From positions 1 to 64,000 of the forward strand of contig CAVZYA010000001.1 of NCBI GenBank assembly GCA_963779415.1: a stretch of DNA of 64,000 nucleotides, in the 5' to 3' direction. The DNA is from an uncultured Acidobacteriota bacterium (GTDB lineage Bacteria; Acidobacteriota; Thermoanaerobaculia; UBA5066). The position numbers and the translations under genes were made by a program. Within the stretch, counting starts at the first letter, position 1. Each line of letters opens with the position of its first letter. Below are positions 1 to 10,423 of this stretch, piece after piece. The notes under the pieces were generated by a model. That model was not told the DNA's origin. It worked only from the letters and a program-made list of their open reading frames with translations, and searched no databases.

Positions 1-2
1 CG

Positions 3-548
3 GATCCGCTGAGCGGTTACGTCCGGAGCGCGGTCGGAAGCGGAATCGAGAACTGGGTCGACGGCGCTGTCACGCGTGCCGAAAGCGGGGACTCGGGGTC
101 CTTTGACCGCTTCATGGCGGAGCTCACGGTGCGGGCGGGAATCCTTTCCTTCAAGGGCCGCGCCCCCGAGGCGTCCGAAATCGTCTCTCACTACTGCTAC
201 GGCGACGGCTCGGAGCTCAGGCTCGACTCGACCTACATCCGCACGAGCCCGATCGTCAGGCGCGCGATCGCGGAAACGGCCGTGGGGCAGGCGAAGTTCG
301 TGAGCTACTCGCAGGAAGAGGACTTCCGGCTTTCCCTCGCGCTCAATCCATTCACGCTCTCGCATCGCAAGGTCGGAGACGCGAACTGGTACCGCGTTTC
401 GCAGGCGATCGATTTCGACAAGCCCGGCTCGGGCAAGAAAGTGAAAACCCTGCTCAAGTTCGGGTTGCTCGAGTTCAAGGTCCGCGATGCGTTCGTGGGG
501 CTGCTGAACTGCAAACCGTTCGTCGCTTCGAGCGAGTGGCAGGAATGA
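3..548 (+). CDS. Hypothetical protein, 5' end outside the window
   Basis: The frame of ORF 114..548 is open from base 3 (DPLSGYVRSAVG...). No recognisable motif. Confidence 0.6.
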   Translation, partial: DPLSGYVRSAVGSGIENWVDGAVTRAESGDSGSFDRFMAELTVRAGILSFKGRAPEASEIVSHYCYGDGSELRLDSTYIRTSPIVRRAIAETAVGQAKFVSYSQEEDFRLSLALNPFTLSHRKVGDANWYRVSQAIDFDKPGSGKKVKTLLKFGLLEFKVRDAFVGLLNCKPFVASSEWQE

Positions 549-579
549 CCGTGGAACGACGGTTGCAGCGCGTAGGGGC

Positions 580-1227
580 ATGAAATCAGCCCACGAGTGG
601 GCGTTCGTTCTCGCGGCTCTCGTTTTTCTGCAGTGCCCGTCCGTCCATGCCGTGGAAGAGTCCACGAGCGCGTATGAGGCGCCGGGAGCAAGCGGGTTCC
701 AGAACGAGGAGTTCGGCTTCAGGCCGCAGGTCGGGTTCACCAGCCGCAACAACTTCGGCGACACGAGCGTGAAGGCGCTCGCCGGCCTCCTGATGGACGT
801 GAACTTCTTCCGCCTCCCGCCGAGCGACCAGGGACGGCCGTACATCGCGCTCGTCTTCGGCGCGCTTTACTCGCACCTCGGGAACCCGGGCTCGGATTTC
901 ATCGGGCTCGGTGGACCGGCCGGCGATCAGGGCACGAATTTCCTGCAGCTCCCGCTGAACGTCAAGGCTGGCTACACGTTCAGCGACGTGTTTCGCGTGA
1001 CCGTTCACGGCGGGCTCAACGTCCTCTACAGCCACACCGATCTTGCCTCGGTCGCTCCAGCCACCCCGGGGAGCGTGAGCAGCTGGAACGGCTTCGGCAA
1101 CATCGGCATGGACCTCGAGTTCGGCGTCGCGAAAAGCCTCGCCGTCCTTTTCCGTCCCGACTGGACTTTCGCCTCGGGCGACACGTTCTTCACGGGCACC
1201 TTTGGCGTCGACTTCCCGATCAGCTGA
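580..1227 (+). CDS. Outer-membrane beta-barrel protein (OmpW/OmpA-like)
   Basis: Signal peptide ending VHA, alternating hydrophobic strands (LQLPLNVKAGYTF, GMDLEFGV), C-terminal strand FTGTFGVDF. Confidence 0.6.
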   Translation: MKSAHEWAFVLAALVFLQCPSVHAVEESTSAYEAPGASGFQNEEFGFRPQVGFTSRNNFGDTSVKALAGLLMDVNFFRLPPSDQGRPYIALVFGALYSHLGNPGSDFIGLGGPAGDQGTNFLQLPLNVKAGYTFSDVFRVTVHGGLNVLYSHTDLASVAPATPGSVSSWNGFGNIGMDLEFGVAKSLAVLFRPDWTFASGDTFFTGTFGVDFPIS

Positions 1228-2298
1228 TCAGAGGTAGTCCGTGTAGCCTTGCGGGCCGGGCGTGTAGAAGGTCGCGGAGTCGGCCTGCGTGAGGGTCAGG
1301 CGGTCCTTGAGCTTCGCCACGAGATTGGGGTTCGAGATGAACGGCCGTCCGAACGCGACCAGGTGGCCTTTGCCTTCCACGAGGTCGGCCTCGGCCCGCT
1401 CGGCATCGTAGCCTCCCGAGAGGATGACGTGGCCGCCGAATTTCGCGCTGATCTTCGCCCGTACGCTCGGGGTCGGTGCCGGCGCGCCCATCGCGGAATG
1501 ATCGACGACGTGGATATAGAGGAGGCCGAGCTTGCCGAGCTCCTCGGCCAGCCGCTCGTAGACGTCCTCGGTCTCGGGATCAGGCTTCATGTCGTTGAAT
1601 GCTCCGTAGGGCGACAAGCGGATGCCCAGACGATCGAACCCGATGGCCTCTCCGACCCGCCGCGCGGCCTGCACGGCGAAGCGGATGCGATTCTCGACCC
1701 TTCCGCCCCACGAGTCCGTGCGGTGATTCGATTCGGCGTTCAGGAACTGATCGATGAGATACCCGTTGGCGCCGTGGAGCTCGACCCCGTCAAAGCCCGC
1801 GTCGACCGCGAGCCTGGCTGCGTGGACGTACTCCGCGAGCGCCTGCTCGATGTCCCTGTCGCTCATCTCCTCGGGAGTGGGATAGGGCACCGGTCCGCGT
1901 TCGTCGGTGTACATCTTTCCGGAAAGCGCGATGGCCGACGGAGCCAGCACGCGCGCGCCCTTGGGAAGGTTGAGCGCGTGACCGACGCGTCCCGTGTGCA
2001 TCAGCTGGACGAAGACTTTCCCGCCCGACTCGTGAACGCGATCGGTGACCTTGCGCCAGCCTTTGACCTGCTCCTCATTGAAGAGGCCTGGGATACGCGA
2101 GTATCCCAGGCCATTGGGGGAGGGGCTGGTGCCTTCGGTGATGATGAGCCCGGCACCGGCCCTTTGCGCGTAGTAGAGCGCCATCAGATCGTTGGGGACG
2201 TTTCCGATTGCGCGCGAGCGCGTGAGAGGGGCCATGACGACCCGGTTCTTGAGCTGCGTGCGACCGAAGGGAGCCTCACTGAACAGGAGCTGGGACAT
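1228..2298 (-). CDS. nemA: Old yellow enzyme family alkene reductase (NemA-like)
   Basis: NRVVMAPLTRSRA, AGFDGVELHGANGYLIDQFL, NHRTDSWGG, TFYTPGPQGYTDY. Confidence 0.92.
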   Translation of the reverse strand: MSQLLFSEAPFGRTQLKNRVVMAPLTRSRAIGNVPNDLMALYYAQRAGAGLIITEGTSPSPNGLGYSRIPGLFNEEQVKGWRKVTDRVHESGGKVFVQLMHTGRVGHALNLPKGARVLAPSAIALSGKMYTDERGPVPYPTPEEMSDRDIEQALAEYVHAARLAVDAGFDGVELHGANGYLIDQFLNAESNHRTDSWGGRVENRIRFAVQAARRVGEAIGFDRLGIRLSPYGAFNDMKPDPETEDVYERLAEELGKLGLLYIHVVDHSAMGAPAPTPSVRAKISAKFGGHVILSGGYDAERAEADLVEGKGHLVAFGRPFISNPNLVAKLKDRLTLTQADSATFYTPGPQGYTDYL

Positions 2299-2317
2299 GA
2301 CTGCCTGCCTTTCGCTT

Positions 2318-2641
2318 TTAGAGCTGATCGATCTTTTTCAGAATGTTCGCTTTGGGATGGGCGCCGACGAGCTGGTCCACGAGCCGTCCGTCCTTGAAGA
2401 AGAGGAGGGTCGGAATCCCGCGGATGCCGAAGCGCGACGGGGTCTCGGGATTCGAATCGACGTCGAGCTTGAAGACGCTGAGCGTTCCCTGCCGTTCGTT
2501 CGCGATCTCGTCGATCGTCGGGCCGAGCGCGCGGCACGGGCCGCACCACTCCGCCCAGAGGTCGACGACAGTCACGCCTTTACCTTCCAGGACGTCGCGT
2601 CCGAAGTCTTTATCCGTTGTTGCTCGGGTTGCCTGGCTCAT
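2318..2641 (-). CDS. trxA: Thioredoxin
   Basis: WAEWCGPC active site, GIRGIPTL. ATG at 2641 with a GGAGG RBS upstream. Confidence 0.95.
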   Translation of the reverse strand: MSQATRATTDKDFGRDVLEGKGVTVVDLWAEWCGPCRALGPTIDEIANERQGTLSVFKLDVDSNPETPSRFGIRGIPTLLFFKDGRLVDQLVGAHPKANILKKIDQL

Positions 2642-2659
2642 ATTGTTACCTCCTGAATA

Positions 2660-2673
2660 GTTCATATATGAAC
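2660..2673. promoter_or_regulatory. Perfect 14-bp palindrome GTTCATATATGAAC, likely MarR operator
   Basis: Lies in the AT-rich divergent gap between trxA and marR, next to the trxA RBS. Confidence 0.6.
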
Positions 2674-2728
2674 AATAATACCGCAATTGCAAATAGTCAA
2701 GGTATGAAGTATTATTTAAGGAGAGGTT

Positions 2729-3188
2729 ATGAAAAAGCCCAGGAATTCCACGCACCCCTGCGCCGCGAACTGCCCCAGGCAACGCCTGGTCGAGCTCCTT
2801 TGGAGCTTCGCGCCCGCGTTTCAGCGCTGGTCGGAGTCGCAGCTCGAGGAGAAGAAACTCTCTTCCCAGCGGCTCAGGATCCTGGGATCCCTTTATGACC
2901 GGGGGCCCCGGATCATGTCCGATCTCAAGAAGGAGCTCGGGGTGACGGCGACGAATATTACAGCATTGGTCGACGCCCTGGAGGAGGACGGCCTCGTCGT
3001 CCGCCGCGCGCATCCGAAGGATCGCCGAGCAGACCGTGATCGAGCTCTCCGTCAAGGCGAAATCCGAAGTGGCCTTAGGCTGCACCCGGCATAAGGAAAA
3101 GGTGTCCGAGCTTTTCGAGGATTTTTCAGACTCCGAATGCCGAGAGCTGATGGGGACTCTGGAGAAGCTCTGGGAGCGGGTCAGGTAA
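2729..3188 (+). CDS. MarR family regulator (frameshift near 3030)
   Basis: wHTH MSDLKKELGVTATNITALVDALEEDGLVVRRAHPKDRR. Continues in another frame (TVIELSVK...LWERVR) to TAA at 3188. Confidence 0.85.
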
Positions 3189-6100
3189 CTAGTTGATCGT
3201 GCCGGCCGCGCCGTTGCCGAAGGTGCCGCCCGTGCCCCCCGGCCTGCTCGATCAGGTTGCCGATGCCGCCGGTGAACGAATCCACGGTGTAGCCGAGCTT
3301 GATCCTTCCGCCACCGCCCGGGCCGGCGCGGCCGTCGGCGACGCCGCCTCCGTTCGCCTTGAGGGAGCCCGTCGTCCCGGCGATCGTGGCGGTCGTGATG
3401 TTGAGAGTGCCGCCCGAGCCGCCGCCGCCGCGGCAGCCGCTTGCGACACCGTTCGCGCTGATGCCTCCGTCGATGGTCAGCGTGCCGCCGACCGAGATGT
3501 TGCCGTAACCGCCACCCGCGCCGCCGTCGACACCGCAGTTCGAGCTGCCGCCGCCGCTTCCCATGTCCACCGGAGCGAGTGCCGAGCCGTAGGTCGCGCC
3601 ACCGGAGACCACGTTCTGGCTCCTGCCGCCGGCGCCGCCGTAGCCCGCGCCCGCACCCGCGGTGTTGTCGAAACCGCCGGCACCCGCGCCGTAGCCCGCG
3701 CTGAAGCCCTTGCCGTCGAGGTTGACCGTGCCGCCGGCCATGACGTCCATGTTCCCGGTCACCGTGAGCGCGAGCGTATAGGTCTGGAGATTGGCGTTCG
3801 CGACGTGGGTGAGATTGCCGCCCGACTGGATCGTGAGGCTGGCCAGGCTCTGCGCGGCGCCCAGGCTTACCGTTCCGGCGTTCCCGATGGTGAGGTTGTT
3901 TCCGGAAAGCGTGAGCGTGCCGTAGTTGACCAGCGTGTGACCGGTGATCGTGTTCGACACGGGCGCATACGTGCCGTAGTTGGTGATCGTGCCGCTCGTG
4001 ATCGTCGAGGCCACGGGGCGAGAACGTGTTGCCCGGGCGGATCTCGAGCGAGCCCGCGTTGCTGAGAGTGAAGCTGTCAAAGCTGTAGTTGGCGGCGAGA
4101 GGAGTCGACGCGCCCGAGACCGAGGCATTGTCGACCACGAGCTTGCCGACTGAGTCGGTCGCCGTATCGAAGTAGACGATCGTGCCGGCGCCGCCCGGCA
4201 AGGTCGGCCCGGCGCCTCCGCCGATGGCGGTCACCGGAAGCGCGCCGATCCCGCCCGTGTAGGAGTCGGTCGTGTACTTGAGGAAGATCCTCCCTCCTCC
4301 GCCCGTGCTGCCCAGGCTGGCGGCCTGTAGCCGCCCCCGTTGGCGCGGATCATGCCCGTCGAGCCGGCGACGGTGGCAGTCACGATGTTGATCCCGCCAC
4401 CTGAGCCGCCGCCCGAGTTCCCGGTGCCGGCCGTGCCGTTGGCCGTGATCGTGCCGTTCAGGGTGAGCGTTCCAGCGACGGTGATCTTGGCCAGGCCGCC
4501 TCCCGCCCCGCCGGTGCCGCTCCAGCCGCAGGCACCACTGCCGATGTCGACCGGGTTGAGCGGGTTGCCATAGTAGGTCCCGCCGGCCGAAGAAGGGTTC
4601 GAGCCGCCGCGCCCACCGTAGCCCGCGCCGGTGCAGCCGCTGGCCCCGGCCCCGCGCCCGGGCCGTTTCCGTGAGCTGAAGCCCTTGCCGTCGAGGTTGA
4701 TCGCGGCACCGGCATCGATTTGAAGGTTACCCGTAAGGGTCAGGTTCAGGATCGAGGTTTGCGCGCTCCCGTTCGCCGCGTGCGTGAGAACGGCCCCGGA
4801 CTGGACGGTCAGGTTGTTCAAGGACAGGTTGCTGTTCGAGACGATAAACGTGCCCGAGGCGATGGTGAGGTTGTTCGAGGGGGATGTTCAGGTTTCCGTT
4901 GTTGTTGATCGTGATGCCCGAGACCGTCGAGATCGGATTCGCGTAGTAGCCGTTGTTGGTCAACGTGACTCCCGACTGCAGCGTGCTCGTCGTCGAGGAG
5001 ACCGTCGAGCCGGCGGCCGTTTCGAGATTGGCCTCGTTCACGACCTGCGAGATCGTCGAAGGTCATCGTGCCGAAAAGCGGGGTGCTCGCGCAGTTCGTC
5101 TCGTTGTTGTCGTCGACCAGGAGCCGGCCGTTCGTGTCGACCCCGTTGTGCATGTAGTAGATCGTGCCGGCGCCTCCGGGCTGGATCGTGCTGTAGACGT
5201 TGCTGCCGTAAGCCTGTACGGGGAAGTTCCCCACACCGGGACCCGTGGAGTCCGTGGTGTAGGCGAGCGCGATGCGCCCTCCCCCGCCTCCTCCGCCTCC
5301 GATACCGGACGACTCCGGCCGCGCCGCCATTGGCATAAAGTGCAGGGGTGGTCCCCGCGAGCGTTGCGACGTTCAGGTTGATCGCCCCGCCCGAGCCGCC
5401 GCCGGAACCTGGCCGGTGCCGGCAAGCCCGTTGGCGCTGATGATCCCGTTCAAGGTGAGGGTGCCGGAGACGGTGAGCTTCACCAGCCCGCCGCCATAGC
5501 CGCCGACTCCGCCCCAGGCGCAGCCGCTGCTTCCCGATCCGACCGGGCTCTTGGGCGATCCGTAGCCCGCGCCTCCCTGAAGGTTCCCGTTCGAGCCGCC
5601 GCGTCCTCCGTAACCGCCGCCCTGGCCGCCGCCGGCGCAGCCGCCGGCGCCCGTTCCGTTGTTCGGTGAGTAGCCCTTGCCGTCGACGTTGATCGAGCCG
5701 CCCGCGTCGACCTGGATGTTCGTCGCGGTGATCGTGACTCCGTACGTCTGCACGTTCGTGTTCTGCGCGTGGGTGAGCACTTCGCCGTTCTGGATGGTCA
5801 GGTTCGCGAACGTCATGTTCGGCGTGCCCATGACGAGCGTGCCGCCGGAAGCGATCGTGAGATTGTTGCCCGGGATCGTCAGCGTGCCGTAGTTGACGAT
5901 CGTCATGTTGGAGAGGGTCGAGGTCGTATGTCGATACGTCCCGTAGTTCGTCGGTGTCACCCATGGAAGGTCGCCATGCCCGACTACAGGGAAACGCGGA
6001 CTGGATCTGGAGGTTCGTCGTGCTCGTGACCGAGAAGGAGTCCAGCGTGGTGTTGGTCGCGATCGGGGTCACGGCCGCTCCGACGTAGCCGTTGTTGTTG

Positions 6101-9012
6101 ACGAGCATCGTGCCGTTGGTGTCGACGCCCGTGTGCATGAGGTAGATCGTGCCCGCGCCGCCGTACTGGCTGCCGCCGGTGCCGCTGTAAGCGGTTTTCT
6201 GGAGCGCGCCGATTCCGCCGGTGTAGGAGTCGGTCGTGTAGGTGACGGCGATGCGACCTCCGGCGCCCGGCCCGCTCGAGCCCACCGAGCCGGCCGCGCC
6301 GCCGTTCACCGAGAGGGCGCCGGTCTGGCCGATGAAGGTGACGCAGCTCAGGTTGATCGTGCCTCCCGCGCCGCCGCCCGACTGGCCGGTGCCGGCCGCG
6401 CCATTCGAGCTGATCGTGCCGTTGAGGGTGATCGAGCCCGGGGTCACGACGCGGAGGAAGCCGCCGCCGCCGCCTCCCCCGTGCCGCCCCAGTTGTCGCC
6501 GCCGCTTCCCTGCTGCACGGGGTTGGTCACGCTGTCATAGCCCACGCCGCCCGTGCAACCGTTGGCGCCGTTATTGCCGCCGACGCCGCCGTGGCCCGCG
6601 CCGTTGCCTCCGCCGCAGCCGGGACCTGCTCCCGGCCCGTTCACCCGGAGTAGCCTTTGCCGTCGAGGTTGATCGCGCCGCCGGCGTCGACCTCGAGATT
6701 CCCGGTCAGCGCGATGTCGGGACGTAGGTCTGTAAATTCGTGTTGGCCGGATGGGTGAGAGTGCCTCCCGCGAGCACCGTGATCCCCGTGGCCGAAAGCG
6801 TGGGCAGGCCCCAGTCGAGCGTCCCGCCCGCGCCGATCGTGATGTTGCCTCCCGGGAAGGAGACCGCGCCGTAGTTGTGGAGCGTGTAACCCGCGATGTT
6901 CGAGATCGAGTCGGACCAGGTACCGAAGTTCGTGATGGCAGGCGAGTTGACGTAGTTCGTGGTGGTGGCCAGGAGCGAGTTCCGGACTTGATCTCGAGAT
7001 TCGCCTGATTCCTCAAGCGTGAGAACGTCGAAGGTGTAGTTCTGGATCAGCCGGGTCGTCACGAGGACCGACACGCCGTTGTTGTCGACGAGCAGGCGGC
7101 CGTTCGCGTTCACGCCGAGCTGTTTCAGGAAGACCGTGCCGGCGGCGCCTGACTGCGTGCCGCTCAGGCCGCCGAAGGCGTTCGTGACCAGGTTGCCGAT
7201 GCCGCCTGAGAACGCGTCCGTCGTGTAAGTGATCGAGATCCGCCCGCCGCTTCCGCCGCCGCCGATGCCCACGCTTCCGACAGCGCCGCCGTTCGAGAGG
7301 GAGCCCGTCGAGCCGCCGAAGACGCCCGACGTGATGTTGACCGCCCCGCCAGCGCCGCCGCCGGCCTGCGAGGTCGCCGCCGTCCCGTTCGTCGAGATCG
7401 TGCCGTTCAGGGTCAGAGTCCCGTAAACCGCGATCAGGATCGCGCCGCCACCGGTGCCGCCCGCGCCGCAGCAGCCGGCGTTGCCTCCGCCGCTTCCCGG
7501 GTCGACCGGATTGACGAGATCGCCGTAGGGCAGGGCTCCGGCAGCGCCCTGGCTGGACCAGCCTGACTCGCCTCCGTACGCTCCGCCGCTTCCGGTGTTG
7601 TTCGCGAGGACTCCCGTGCCCGGCCCGTTCGCGGCGGTGTAGCCCAAGCCGTTCATCTGGATCAGGGAGGTCGAGTCGACACTCAGGTTGCCGCTCACCT
7701 CGAAGCGAAGAATGCCGTTGCCCGGGGCGGGCACTCCCGACGTCCAGGCGGAGCCTCGCATGACCGCGCCGTTCGTCATCGTGACTGACGAGAACGTGGT
7801 GTCGGCCGAAATGATGTAGGGGTTGGCCGCGTTGCAGGTGCTGCCGCCTCCGCAAGTGTTGATCGCCACGCCGTTCAGGGTCGAGCCACCCGCGCCGTTC
7901 AGGACGAGGTCGTTCGCGTCGTTATCGATGATCGTGTACGTGTGAGTGACGCCCCCGGCGGTCGCGTTCACGAAGTTCGAGAGCCCGATGACGACTGTCT
8001 CGCTGGGCTCGACGATCGTGTCGTCCACGACCGTCAGGGGGATATTCTGGGTCGTGGTCCCGGGCGGGAAGGTGAGGGTCCCGGAACTCAGGGTGTAGTC
8101 GACGCCGCCTCCGACCGCGGTGCCGCCGGTCACGGCGTAGTCCACGGTCACGGTCTGCGTGGAGACGCGCGAGAGCGTGACGGGAATGCTGGCGTTCACA
8201 ACGCTCTCGAGGCCGCTCGAGGAGGCGGCCGCGAAGCCCGCCGTCGGCGGGCTGACCACGTCAACGATGGTCTGAGTGAACTGCGTCGTCGCGCCCGGGT
8301 TCACGTTCACCAAGTTCGTCAGGTTGATCACCGCGGTCTTGTCGACGTCGGGGTTGCCGTCGTTGATGAGCTTGAGCGCGAACGCGAGCTGGGAGGCCCC
8401 CACGGGAATCGAGATCGTTCCGCTCGCGCCCTGGTTCACGCCGTTGATCGAGAGCTGGTAATCGCCGCCCGACCCGGTGGCGGTCCCGCCCATGGTGAAG
8501 TCGATCGAGGCCGTTTGCTCCAGGGCTGGGGTGAAATCCAGGTAAGCGTAGACGGTGCCATCGCTCTCGAGGGCGCTTCCCGAGGCCGTCGTAAAGGAAG
8601 CGCCGAGGGGGTGACCGGGCCGGTGACCAGGACGGTGGCCTCCTGGAAGTTGCCGGTGGCATCCGTCACGCGGATCACGATATCGCCGGTGCCGGCTGGC
8701 GCCGTGTACTGGCCATTCGTCGTGAGGTGCCTCCGCCCGAGATCAGAGAATAGGCGTACGGGGCCTGGCCTCCGCTCGCCGGAGAACTGCAGATTAGAGG
8801 AGATGCCCAGGATCGCGCTCGCGGGAATGAGGCTGAAGCCGCTCCCGGAGCCGCCGCTGCCGACAGGGCTGCTCGTCGTGGTCGTCGAGCCCGCCCGGAT
8901 TCGCGAGCTTGGCGCTGCACGAAGCGAAAAGGAGGCCCGCCCCCAATGCAAGGAGGGAAAGGGTTGGCAGACGGACGCCTGGCCCGTGACAAACGTACAG
9001 CACAGAGGGCAT
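3189..9012 (-). CDS. Giant surface lipoprotein with Calx-beta domains and five ~310-aa glycine-rich repeats (many frameshifts)
   Basis: Fragments in ORFs 8794..9012 (LLFASC lipobox), 6706..8493 (TVTVDYAVTGGTA..DY..GTLTF..G.TT..I...VVDD...EPSET), 5373..5960, 4231..4821 and 3181..4128 share LTH..N/INLDGKG/GAGYGG/PVD.GSG/GTLTLNGTI.ANG/GGGGRI/GAGT motifs. Confidence 0.75.
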
Positions 9013-9099
9013 ATCCCTAGTTTAAGGTGTACTTGCGTTTTCAATAATGCGTCGCTCTCGACCCGTGTCCTATGAGACAATTGCCGGGGGCCGGATAGG

Positions 9100-10422
9100 A
9101 TGCCAGCGGATTCGATTCCCCCGCCCAAGGCCGTGATCCAGCAGGTGGACGAGCGCGGCCGCATTTCAAAGCTCCCGTGGCCCGTTCACACCGAATGGGC
9201 GTGGGTGCAGACGCCTTCCGGCCGCGCGATCCTGCCCGTGTTGCGGACCATCGTCCAAATGCCAAAAGGAATGGAAGTCCAAGTCGGCGCGGGAAGCACG
9301 GCCACGGTGAGGAAGAGCGGCTCGAGCCTCGAGATCGACTTGACGAATCTCGTCACCTCGGTCAGCCTGAGCGTGAAGGACGCCGCCGGAAAGACGAGCG
9401 AAACCGGTTTGATCATTCAGGTGGGCAGGAGCGAACCGGCCGTCCTGGTACAACCCTCGTGCGCCGAGTTCGGCCTCAGCGTCGGCAAGGAGAGCAAAGG
9501 AAAACCACGCCCTCCTTTATATGTCGGTCAGCTGCTCCCGGGGACCGGGGGACGCGCTCGACGTGTACATCGGTTATTCGTCCGAGGGAAAGTTCGAGCA
9601 AGGAACGCTCGAGCTCGCGGCGGGGCAAGCGGGGCCCCCGCAGGAGCGGTGGGTGCACTTCGCGCTCGAGGCCCCGAAGGATCCCTCTCAGCCGCACGTG
9701 TACGGACGCTTTCGATCTCGAGCGGGGGAGACTTCGGCCGCGTACGTCCTGATCTCGGCGCCGCGGGCAGGACGGTCCGGCCCTCCCGCTGGACCTTCTC
9801 TCTCGGGCTTGGCCCGACCCTGATCAAGTATCAGGAGTCGATCGCCGGCAGCCCAGGGCAGCTCATCGACCTGACCGAGGTCGCGGTCACCGGCAAGGTC
9901 AGCGCGACGTATGCGCTCCTTCCCGATACGCTCGACTTGAGCGCGAACGCGTTCGGCAACCTGCTCGCGATTTCGCACTCGCCGTCCAGTGTTCCCTCGA
10001 CCCAGTTTTTCGGCATCAACTGGCGGTTCGGCTACATCATCCCCACGCATCCGCTGAAGCTCAGGGTGACGTTTTACGCCGGATACTACTTCTGGGGAAT
10101 GCTTACCGAGGAGCACGCCTATGGGATCACCACGCTTTCGGGGCCCCAGATCTTTCTGACCGTGGCCCGCGTTCCGAATCCCGCCTCGAGGGCGTGGTAC
10201 GCCTACGGGAAGCTCGCGCCGAGCCTGACGGATCAGGGGGCTTTCTCGCTCGGCAACCGCGAGATCGCGTTCGGAGGCGGTTACCAGCTCTGTCACCTCA
10301 CCGCAGGCGAGGACGCCGTATACCTCACGCTCGACTTCTCAAACGCATCCTACAACCTCAACGCGGGCCGGAACCTGATCGTCTACAGCACCTACACGCT
10401 CGGCCTGCAGAGGCCGTTCTAG
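9100..10422 (+). CDS. Hypothetical protein with C-terminal beta-barrel (internal frameshift ~9520-9750)
   Basis: Amphipathic strands and terminal YTLGLQRPF. The middle section fits the alternative frame of ORF 9521..9823 better. Confidence 0.55.
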   Translation: MPADSIPPPKAVIQQVDERGRISKLPWPVHTEWAWVQTPSGRAILPVLRTIVQMPKGMEVQVGAGSTATVRKSGSSLEIDLTNLVTSVSLSVKDAAGKTSETGLIIQVGRSEPAVLVQPSCAEFGLSVGKESKGKPRPPLYVGQLLPGTGGRARRVHRLFVRGKVRARNARARGGASGAPAGAVGALRARGPEGSLSAARVRTLSISSGGDFGRVRPDLGAAGRTVRPSRWTFSLGLGPTLIKYQESIAGSPGQLIDLTEVAVTGKVSATYALLPDTLDLSANAFGNLLAISHSPSSVPSTQFFGINWRFGYIIPTHPLKLRVTFYAGYYFWGMLTEEHAYGITTLSGPQIFLTVARVPNPASRAWYAYGKLAPSLTDQGAFSLGNREIAFGGGYQLCHLTAGEDAVYLTLDFSNASYNLNAGRNLIVYSTYTLGLQRPF

Positions 10423-10423
10423 C

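Noticed and set aside
2318-4234. 638-aa fusion of repeat protein with thioredoxin
   Set aside because: A frameshift artefact crossing the antisense of marR. trxA has its own RBS and ATG at 2641.
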